Part shown: positions 11,643 through 22,715 of the stretch, in pieces
How positions within the stretch are numbered: the stretch's first letter is position 1
How the letters are laid out: the number at the start of each line of letters is the position of its first letter
Assembly: GCA_013115145.1 (NCBI GenBank)
Contig: JAAPAO010000196.1
Location: 1 to 54,467, forward strand
Origin: Perkinsus chesapeaki ATCC PRA-425
Lineage: Eukaryota > Protista > Perkinsozoa
Length of the DNA stretch: 54,467 bases
Reading direction: 5' to 3'
The notes under the pieces: model-generated
What the model was told of the DNA's origin: nothing
What the model saw: the letters and a program-made list of their open reading frames with translations, nothing else
The model's database searches: none
Made by a program: the position numbers and the translations under genes

Positions 11643-13569
11643 ATGCGGTGTTATCTCACGGTCGTCTTCTGCCTTCCTTTGCTTCTAGAAGCCACCGAGT
11701 TCCCCGGATGCTCCCTCCAGGACACTTCGTACTCGAGCGATGAAGGTTCCAAGATGACCGTTTTTCTTTCTGTGATTGGACCATGCTAATGTCAGATTCA
11801 TTGGTGAAGATAAATGTTGCGAACTTCCTCAACTATGGAGCGTTGCCTGAGGGTGAGGTGAAGAGATAGACCGCGGGGTGTTCTTGTCTATATTTAGTAA
11901 TCGGTCGGCTCGAGTGTGTTGAAGATTCGATTGTCCAGAGATTTCGGTCACTTCCTCCATCATTTGGCATTGAAAGCTACATTTTCTTCTGCAACCATAC
12001 AGTAGCGTCTTTCAGAGCTTAGCTCCCGAGGACGGGCAAAAAGATTCCAACGCTGTTGTTAGCATAATCTCCACTTCCTGTGGACCACTTGTCATTTTCA
12101 TAAATTTGATTATATTACTCATGTCTCTGTGTATATGAACTATGAGTAACATTGATCAAGAACAGGATGACCGCGCTCTCAAATATATTAGGAGGGGGCA
12201 CCGTTTCGCCTCCTCTCTCGGACTTTCGCTACGTAGGTTGCTTGGATAACAAATGCTCTGATACTCCCAAGTTTGGAGTGAAGAATGTAGAGAGCTGCGC
12301 GACGGTCTGTTCCAAGAATATTGATTGTCGATATTGGACCTTCGGTGTGGTAGGCTGACTCATTGCAGCTTCGAATGTGATCTACGCCATGTTAGGAATC
12401 TACAATGACTAAATGCTGGCTTCGGGCTCAGATTGCGGGACAGGAATTACGCCAGGTATGTCTTTCATTTTTCCAGTACATGCGGTTCATTCAGGGATTT
12501 GCATCTGGTGTGAGAGAGTGCTCTCCTTCTATCTGGCCTGATTGTATGGAGGAGAATACGGTGATCAGGAACGCTGGAAGAGCTGTTTGGTTTGACGCTA
12601 CCACATTCGGCAGCGATGCCATAGATGGCTGCTATGCGGTGAGGCAGTGTTTCTGCGCGTTCAGCACTGCCACTGAAGTGGTGGTATTGGGTTAAATTGC
12701 GGTGTATCACGTAAGCGAGTGTTTAGCATTGAAATACAGGCAAGATATGCCCGGATATCTTAGGTTCACGCGTGCATTCTTTCACAGTAGCCTCCACTTT
12801 ACAATGATAGCTTTACCCACGGTACCGTATAATATACGGCGTATATTTTCAGTCTGACTGCTCCTTCACTGACAAGTTCATCGTCAACGAGCCAAGCGAG
12901 TGTGGTTCAACCTGCGCTAGGCTTCCAGACTGCGAGTTTTGGACATATGGTCGGGAAGATGGGCTCACCAAATGCTGGCTAAGGTAAGAGGCTCCACATC
13001 AACCCACATCACATCGCAGTAGTTTTTCCTATCAACATCTTTGCGTGTACCTCGGTATGTATGTGATTTGCATTTTCGAAAATTGTTAAGTAAATCGAGC
13101 AACCTAGCGCTACTGTATAAGATGCGCACAATTAGTATAAGTGTTTTATCAGAAATGCTGATATTGGACGCGAACAAAATACTTCATTCGTGAGTGGAAA
13201 TCGAGCCTGTGGATCAGCCGCTCCTGAGAGGCGCAGCAAATGGACGCAGGTGAGATAGCAGGGCCGCTCTTCCGCAGGTTTTTTGACGGCTCACTTTCTG
13301 CCGCTATCACAGTTACTCTCTGGTTAAGCTCACATTTACTCATTTTTTCAGGGCGAGAATAACTGTTGGGGAGCAGGCTTTACTGAGGATATGTGTTGCG
13401 ATGAGAAGTATGGACCAAACGGAAACCCAGCCTGTTGGGACGCTGCTCACACGTACCATGACACTGGCCTGTGTGGGGGCGTTCATTGTGTAGGTTCGAG
13501 ATGTGTTGCCTGGGACACCGTCCCTACTGGCAGCACTCCACTGGCATTGAGAGAGCTGATGAGTTGTGA
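11643..13569 (+). CDS. Secreted protein with two PAN/Apple domains, a CW..CC/CW..CC module and C-terminal ADEL
   Basis: Signal peptide MRCYLTVVFCLPLLLEA. Apple 1: CATVCSKNIDCRYWTFG..TKCWLR..GFASGVREC. Apple 2: ECGSTCARLPDCEFWTYGREDGLTKCWLR..FVSGNRAC. Final exons: NCWGAGFTEDMCCDEKYGPNGNPACWDAAHTFEMCC..IERADEL*. Confidence 0.8.
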
Positions 13570-14535
13570 GACATGCAAAAAACATGTATTTTCGAACTTT
13601 TCAATCTTGAGTTTTGTTAGCGAAGTGAAGCATCACGGGGATGAATGGAAAATGGATGAACGAATTAATTGGAACGAATTAAAGCCCACCTCTATGTGCC
13701 ACTGGCAAGACTGAGTACTTCGAGCCCTAAAGATGAAGTATGGTGCCGCACCTTGCGAGGTGTTGTGTTCTGCTAGTTGTACAGGGGCCCCCGGTTGTAT
13801 GAGTGAATTCTTCTCGGAGGAATATGATGTATTAACACCAGTTGCATTCCTCTGGGTGAACTATTTAGTGACAAAAATAGTGTAGCTATTAAACTCTCCC
13901 GGCAGTTGCACATAGAATGAATAGTCTAGCTAAGCCATTTTTGGCGTTGGAGTATAAACTCAGACACACACGAATTAATGTAGCACACCAATGGAATTAC
14001 GTCCCAATTGTAGCGAGTGCTTTGCCCAAGAACAGCCTGGCTATTATATCCAAGATAGAACGATCAGTTGCCTATTGTCGCAGTATTAGTTGATGAACTC
14101 TGAAGAATAACACAACAAAGGAGCTTGAGCCAGAATATCAATACTACGACCTTGGGGACAATAGATATAAGCGCACTACCTGCACTTGAGTTCTGCACCA
14201 ATCTATGCGTACGCAAACACAGTTGCTCGTTTGCGCAAGTGGGTGCGCCCTCAAGTCGGCTACGCATGCGGTTGTGCTTTGACTTATTCAATGAGTTGGA
14301 TGGCAAGCAAAGAACATCTGTACTCCGTTCCTTAACCGTGGTGGGAGTTGGGACGCGTTTTGGTCAAGCAGAAAGCCAGTCATCCAAAGACTCATTTTGT
14401 CCACCGCTTGCCAGGCGTCTTCTGAAGCCATGCATAACCTACTCCTGCCCTGTGGTATTCCCTTCACCCGATAGGCTGCCTACTCAGTAGGCTGTCTACA
14501 TACCGGGTAGTTCCATCTTCTTTCAACATCCCAGC

Positions 14536-14955
14536 ATGTCATTCGCGGTAGCCCTACTAATCTCAAGAGTCGCTATTTGTGCTGCGTGGAACTTCCCCGG
14601 AGAGAAGTATGAAGGATCCGCCCAGAGCCCCTATATTATGGTCACGTGTGTCTTCCATAACACCGGTCCCTTTCCTACCGTCCGTATGGAGGCGCAGTGC
14701 GATGTTGGCGAGCCGTTCGCTGACACTGAGAAATATATCGGACTGAAGAGGGACCCTACTGATTCGGGCGCGTTTATCGTGGCTGCGACACCTTCGCCTC
14801 ATTTTAAGTATCTCATCAACAACCTCAATAGTATTTGTCCCAAGCGAAACTTCACCAACAGCGATTTCTCAAAGTTCATCGTAACCTCTGATGTTGATGA
14901 GCTTATGATTAGGTTAGATGGTAGATATGTGAGTATAAGGAAGGTGCCCAGTTAG
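14536..14955 (+). CDS. Intronless 139-aa secreted hypothetical protein
   Basis: Uninterrupted ORF with a hydrophobic N-terminus (MSFAVALLISRVAICAA), globular composition and 3 Cys after the signal. Confidence 0.7.
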   Translation: MSFAVALLISRVAICAAWNFPGEKYEGSAQSPYIMVTCVFHNTGPFPTVRMEAQCDVGEPFADTEKYIGLKRDPTDSGAFIVAATPSPHFKYLINNLNSICPKRNFTNSDFSKFIVTSDVDELMIRLDGRYVSIRKVPS

Positions 14956-15445
14956 AAGTAGTACGCATACTACGCAGCGCGTAGTTCGTATTACTCAGTC
15001 GAGTTTTTCTCTACAGCACTCGGCAGTTAGCCTGTATTGGTGAGAAAAATTACTTATTAATGATTAAGGATTACTATCATTAGTCATTTTGTGGGTGTTG
15101 TGTTATGCCAAGTATACAATGGCGACTGGTGTTCTCGATTATACTAGTCAGAAGTGCTCGACACAACGCCATTGTTATACAAGAGTCACCATCGTCGATT
15201 ACACAACATGTAAAATACTATCATAAGGTCTAATCCTCACAGAATAAGCAACCTCTTTTAAAGCTAAAGTTGACCAACTATTTTAGAGGAGCTGACCATC
15301 ATCATCTGTTACTTCGTCCGAAGTGTTCATCGTCGGCCGCGTCGGAGGAGGCTGTAGTCTCGGTACAACTCCGGTCGCAGAAGACAATCCACCAGAACGC
15401 ATTCGAACCTAATGAGTAGCTCGGAATACTGCTGGCATCGCTACT

Positions 15446-18400
15446 TCATACTTGTGTGCCAACTTCTGCTTCATCGTTCTCGTCCGGACCTCCGATACCA
15501 AGCAAATCAGGTATACCACCGAGCTCCTCGTCCGACTGTTCGCTTCCACTGGGGGTGTCCATCCTCTGAAAACACGAATGTGCGATCCCTGAAGATTCCC
15601 ATGAGGTCACTCTGAGCTCCTCTGCGTTATCATCCGATTTCTTGTTATGTCCAACCCTTGAGGAATAGTGTTCGAGTTGAGGGGCGTCATCGAAACTGAC
15701 CAACACCACTGAACAGCGATTTTAATCAGCACTCTTGAAATCTACTGCGGACAGTCAGCGAACGTTTAGCGAACTTCCTGCTGGGTTTAATAACTATGAG
15801 GGCTTTGGTAATTGCAGTGTTTGCGAAATCAAGGATGATAGATAATCCAACACGACACTTTCCTACTCGTCAGGATCTCCATCTTCAGTTGCTCGTACAG
15901 CAAGCTGTGCACTCCGCCCTATTGTGGAGTACTTCACATACCTAAACGAAATGAAAGTTTAACCATAAGCTCGCTTTTCTCGAAGACATCACTCGAGCGT
16001 CTCGAAACCATAGTTGCCGATGGTGCTCTTCCACCTGTCCGATCCAGAGAGATAAGTTCCTCCACCGATGACTGCCACGATGAAGGCAATGAAGAGTAAT
16101 GTAGCAACGGCTCCTGATGGAAGAAACGATTTAAAGCTGCCAAAGGGAGACCGCCTTACCCCGGGAGAAGGGGCTATGGCTTGGACATGGTACTCGTTCC
16201 TTTTGTGGCCGCCACCCTCCTTCGCAGGTATCCCCAACTACTTTACGATAGGCATCGGCGAAGAAGATTCCAGAGGAGGTGCAGACCATCTCAGCTGGAG
16301 TTAATACCTAAACGAGTTCGGTGGGCATTTACCTCCTACCTCGAGTGCCCCGAACCGAGGCCGATATACGATACGCGCTGCCTAACACTTATCTCTGGTC
16401 TGACTCCTACTAAAATCTCAAACGGTTGTTTGCTTGCCTACGCTACATCCGGGCAGTCACCACAGAATACTATTATATGTTTAAGTATGCCTGGGTAACC
16501 ATCTAATATGATAGCCTTATTACATAATATTATAAATACAATTTAATATATTATATCTAGTATATAACATAGTCATCATAATAATGGCAACGTCTGTTTA
16601 GAGCATCACTATGACGAATGACAGCTAGTAAGGCTTGACAGTTGGCGAACGATGGAATAGAACTGTGAGAGTGATTTAACAACTTGTCGATTACCGCATC
16701 AACATCAACTGGTTTGCAATCCGTGCTGCCGATCTTCCTCGCGAAACCAAGCTCACAATCGTAATCTTCTATTGTACAAGGACAGTTATGGCGAATAACG
16801 GGACGCTCAAACTTTTCGCCTGAAAATGAACAAGTCGGGAAATAATTCCGAAACGACTACCATTAAAGCATTCAGAGTCCTTCTTCCGCCTCACATAACT
16901 AATAACTCGACCGAGCAGGCATGCGTCTCCAGATGTTCTGGCAAAGAATGGTATGAAATGAAGGAGCCCAGCAGCAGGAAGTTACTTACCTTCCATCACT
17001 TGGTATCCACGTCTCATAGTCGCTACCAGCCGAATCAGCCGCCCATGCACCTTGGCATTGTGGCTGCCCCAAAGTGTCAAAATCAATGTGATAGAGAACA
17101 CCTGAAATGCGCTAATCCCGATCAAACCGTCGAGGACACCTCTCCCATACTGGGTGTTCTACAACGTACGGCCGTGACACTACCCGCGTCACTTCTTGTG
17201 CCATACATAAGGAATTTAGTAGAAGTGGATGTTGGCTCGGTAACGATGTTATCCACCGCCATTGGATGCTCAGATACGTCGAAATCATACCTGAGGGTTA
17301 TCGAGGAAATATCAACAATAATGATGAAGTGACAAGTTGTTATTACCAACTATGTCCTTCATTCCATGAGAACACTACTTGTCGTGTCTTCTGGATATCA
17401 TCCGCCATCACCACTAAACCTCCATGGTCACCAAACTCGTAAATGTACGCACCTGAGCCAGCAGCAGGGTGAGATGTCAACGATGCCTAATAAGCCTGTG
17501 TAGGTCATGGAAATTGTTGTCACCATGTAGATAGAGAATAAAATTTACTATCATAGGATCAGAACATGCTATGATATACTATAATAGTTACATCTCAACT
17601 ACTATCACCACAGTATTCTTGCCGACTACCTTTATGTGCCTCAATCCACGTAAGGCCACCATCCCGTGATAAATAGGTATTTACTTCGTCCTTCTCAAAG
17701 CGTAAATAAGGACCGACATTACCTGCCATTCAGGAGATGCAATATAAAGGCCCAAGGCGCCGCCTACCAGTGCCCATGATTAAGCCAACGGCTGACTCTA
17801 GGGAGTAAAAAGGCGCGTAGTTGTGGAAATTTGTTATTCCATGTAGATGGAGGAAGCATCTGCGACGGTACTTGTGGTAAATTACGGTACACCGATGGTA
17901 TACCTGTCTCGAGGGCAATCGATTGTCTTTCCTTTGGAGTCGACTCTCGGTGGAATGAGATATGACCAGATACCACCCTTATCAAATGATATAACAGTGC
18001 CTGCTGCTCACACTCATCATCCTCGAGTCAAAATGTAAGTATCACGTATCATGCTCTCATCCTTCCCACTTTTACTTCTACCATGGTGACCCATTGCAAA
18101 ACTTGCATCTTCGGAATCCTGAAGACGCGATAGCCCATCCAGAAAACGAACGTTCCTTCCCCCGGGAATATAGTTTTGAAAAAAAAGCTGTCCGGTGTAT
18201 TCAATGGTGCTGGTGGTAATAAACTACGAGGAGCCGACAGTATAAGTAAGCACAGTAATTTCAAATAATGTTATCCTCAAATGAATGTCTTCTTCTTGGC
18301 TTTGTTAAGGAACGCAGGATATGATTGTGACCATTGGTGGTAGCTGTAGGCAAGATCAGTTACCGTCACAGTGCCGGGAAGTTTACTTCAAGTGGGCAGA

Positions 18401-21400
18401 TGTCCTACCTATTTTTCTAGAGGAGCTCGACAGAGTTCAACACTCGGTGCTCATCCTCGCATCAATGATGCATCGCCCGGCGAGGAACCGATCGAATTCC
18501 GGGCGAATCTCGCTTCATTAAATTGAGTATCATCGGATGCCCCGATAACACACAGGAGCGTGTATCGAGCTTAAACTCTCAGCAGCTGCGGAACAGACCG
18601 TGTGAATTCCATCGGTGGAAAACTCTATTCTTATATACAGTACTCCTATTTGAATGTCTCATAAATAACTGCCACTAAAATTCACGCTCAAATTTTTCCC
18701 ATTTTCCCCTTGTCACAATAATGCATTTTCTAACATACCGTACAAAGGTATATAACTTACTTCATCATTCATGATATCTTCCTCGTACCCGTCATTGTCA
18801 AAATCAGTATCAACAAAGTTGGCCAGATACACTCCTTCAAGAGAAAGTATCTTATCGAACTCACAGTCACCGCTACTGGAACGAACCTGGCAACAACCAT
18901 GACCATTCTCATCCACCTGGATGATGCACATGAAAATGGCGGCTATCCCCAATCCATCGCGGGTCAGTAATTAAGCGATGTTCGCTTAATCTGTTTGTGC
19001 TGCTCAGTTGAGCTGTAGAAGCTCAATTAACGACAGCACATACGAGCAGGATGCGGCTATAAACTTTACCCAAGTTCATTGCAACCACCTTGCCAGTGGG
19101 TTGTAAATATTACACTTTGTGAAAATAAGAAACAATACCTCAATTCTGGCTTCGTTCTGTTATATTCGTGAAGCACGACGAAGTTTGTGCTATCGTACGC
19201 TCTGATGGGAAAGAGGCGCTCGTCGAGCGCGTGCGTCAATCTCATGTCACGGTGTACATGCGTACGATGATAGGGGGAGCCGCTGAAGGCGGTTGAGACC
19301 TTGAGTTAAGGTCTAAGAGTTTCAAGCTCATTACTGCGGAGAGTCTAAGTGTCTCCTTCATTTTCTCCCGCCCTCCACTCCCTGTTTGAAAGGGAGGGGG
19401 ACTCACTCGGTCAAGATGGTTGTCGCTCGTCCCCGTTGCTCACCGCCCAACTTAGTTTGAGACGGACATGGGCTGAACCATCAAGGAGTTCACATTATAT
19501 ACAACGGAAAAAGAAGTACATTTTAGGCCCTCTTTCCCTTACAATTTTTAACTATATATATTATCATATAATATTCATATCAATTTAATCCAAGACTCGA
19601 TATGCATTTTTCCTCCGCATGTTACTAACATCTGAAGCTAGTAATTATCCAGGGGGCTTACATTATTTGGCAAGCTGAGGCTGTAGCGGACACCATCCTT
19701 ATCACTGACATATACATTACCAGTGCCACCACTACCAGTTGACTCGTGATTAACGTGCAGCATTACCGCACCTATAATGAATCTCACCATCAGCTGCTGT
19801 TATATCTCACCTTCACTGGTATCGAGAACTGTATAGCTCTTCTCTTCGAGCTTAACTGGCAGCCTTGCCGTATCAAAATGATCTCCACCATCAGCCGACA
19901 CGATCAACTTCACGCTCTGTGATCCTACAAATGCACAACTATAATCTTTCAAAGAACGAGGAGGTGGAATTAGTTTTGTCGCCGCTCTTCGTAGTGCCAC
20001 TTAGGTCTTATAAATATTACGATGACAGAATAATAAGATTAAACCCAAAAGGTTTTTTTTCCGAGGAGGCAGCGGTGGGATGGGAGGAGGTCGATACGCC
20101 AGAATGACCAAGTCCGAATGATGAGAGAGAATTATGTCCATTACGATGCTGGTATTTTTCTATTCCAGCTTTTCGTGAATGGAGCTTCGTACCCACTGAT
20201 CTTCTAAAAACACTTTAATAGAAACTAATAATATAGTAGCAGTTCATTCACAGTCAACCTAGTCTAGTGTAAAGGATTTCAGTATAACTGTCGATTTTAC
20301 TTACGTTTATCAATCAGCTTGGCAACAAAGATGAAGCCATTACTGATAAGGAACTTGTTCCCTTGTGACACCGCACGGTAAAAGGTGTGACCTGGAGAGG
20401 GTAACAACAACAACAATGGTAGATGGTTGAACTAGGACTAGCCCGGGTTGAGCACGCACACAGTTCGGCTCCCCGCGGCACAAGTGCTGGAAAGAGCAAT
20501 CGATATAACCATCGCCAGAAGCATGTCCCTGTAGGGCTCCAGGATGTGATGTCGGCGTGGCGAAGGTTCCTCCCTCCTGCGCTCATCTCGCTCATTCAAG
20601 AATGACTGGCCGATTTGGGACCAATCCAATTTGACTATATTCAATGAGCTTAGCATCAGCGAAATCCCTCATAACACGCACCTTACTGAGGCGTCAATTC
20701 TCATTTCCGGTGAAGCACTGTGTAAAACCAGCGCTTCGGTCTCAGCAAACAGGAGTCATTCATGCCCCATGGCAGCTTACCCATATCATCGCTGTATGCA
20801 AAATCAACTCCAGATGACCACAGTGTGAGCTTTGGTTGATCGCCAGACTTCGTCCTGAGGAACCAGAGATATAACCCAACGGTTGTATGAGGACTCCGGC
20901 TGCACGCCTGACACTTTATTTTTGAAATCAAAAATTAAGATGCACCGGGAATGAAACGACTGAGAATAAATTGAGATATATATTCTTCTATCTTCATGAT
21001 ATCTAATGTCTCTTTATGATTTATAAATCCATAAGGCAAGTTGATCCTTTTAAGAAGCAAGAGCGTGCTCACTCTACCTGAAGTGTGTGAGGTATATCCT
21101 GTCTTCTTGACCAAATGCCTTCTCGCCCCAATCAAACTGCACCACGTACGATTGAACAAGAAGGAACGTCCGTCCACCATCCTGAGAAATCAACGACAAT
21201 CTTCCTCGCGAAGTCGCCTATTTTTTTAAATCTGGGAAAAATAGGGAGTTTCGGTGTTTAACCTACAACAACCGCTCTACTATGTTCTATACAGAGCATT
21301 CTCGAGGATTTCTCATATCAAACGGGGCTCTCATGAGACCTGTAAGGCTGCCACCGCCGACACCCAGCGCAAGCCAGGCGACGCTGGTAGAGAGCGGAGC

Positions 21401-22271
21401 TTACCTGTGTTAGGAACAATGAGTGATGGCAGGGATCGACATCTCCATCTGATCGAGTTCTCCTTGTTTCACATGCCTCAGTCCAAGTCGACATCAGCGC
21501 CCATCTGCGCAAATCAAATCACTCCTAGCGTCGACCAAGGGGCTCTCACTTTGGTCTGGTTGGGTGGAAAATGTACGAGTGGATTCCCTTATACTTCACA
21601 ACACGCCAACGTTGACCAGCGTCATCGCTGATAAAGTGGACCTGAAGAGAACGACTTTGAAAATTAAAATGTAGGCAAAGCCACTTTGTGATTGGAGACA
21701 GCCACGACCGTGTTCTTATCGTTCTCATTGCCAGCTAGCGAAGTCAGGTAGATATCACGTCCACTCGAGCTGCTGCGGTCGGCGTATGACCTAGTTTAGA
21801 ATGCAGTGGAGATCAAGTAGAGACGTACTTGGCCGATTTGCTTGCTGTAAGGGTATCGGTGATCTCATCCCAGATGTCACCGCCATTGATGGATCTATTA
21901 AAAACAATAGAGATGATGATCTCATGAACATGTTGAGGAGGGATTGATTCAGAGAGATAGGAAGCTCCTCAGGATGAAATTAAAAGGTATTGAAAAGGGA
22001 CATTGAATAGACCTCTACAAGGGAAAATAAGATTAGTAAGCTTACCTATAAAGGCGTCCTCGACTGGTACGGACCATGACCACCTTGCTGTCGGTACCAA
22101 GCCATACGATATCCGCAATAGCACTGTCGAACACCTAAGATTAGAATCTACGTGTCTGTAGTGTGAGGCGGTGGCACTTACCACTTCCTTAACAGATACC
22201 TTCTTGTTCACCTCCAAACTGAGGACTGCGATTCCCAATAGGAAAAGCCGGACAAGGTCAAAGAGCCCCAT
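15446..22271 (-). CDS. SORTLR: Sortilin / Vps10-domain sorting receptor, multi-exon
   Basis: Signal peptide [22 protein letters not shown] repeats ([18 protein letters not shown]). [41 protein letters not shown]. 10CC end [23 protein letters not shown], then a TM helix and an acidic tail (..[16 protein letters not shown]). Confidence 0.92.
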
Positions 22272-22715
22272 AGTGACAGGAAGGATACAGCAGCGACTGA
22301 AGACTTAACGTGAAGACTGGACCAAAACAAACTCGAGTTGATACTATTAGTTTGATTTCGATCTATCAATTTAACATAATATTAGAGGAATAATTTCAAT
22401 CGGAAATGCAGCAAGTGGCCATAGAGGTAGCAACGGTATAGCAAGCGACAATGGGATCAATAAATTTGGAACTCTGAGTTTGGGAATACAGATGAGGCCA
22501 TCAAAGCGGACGAAGGCAAACAGGGTCGAGCGAATGCAATACGCAGTTAGATCAGGAAACACGCAGACGCAGAAACAAAGCGGCTATTGGGCCCGATTGG
22601 TTCGGGAGAGTGAATTGTTGTGGCAAATTTAATACACTATGAGGATTATTGAGGCGTCAAATAGAAGTGCGTAGTTCGGGGATCGAAAATGGGCCCTAGT
22701 GCGGCAATACACGGA

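Noticed and set aside
13933-13945. AGCCATTTTTGGC resembling the dinoflagellate/perkinsid spliced leader
   Set aside because: Only the core matches, with an extra T. The CCGT and TCAAG flanks are missing, and it lies ~600 bp from the next ATG.
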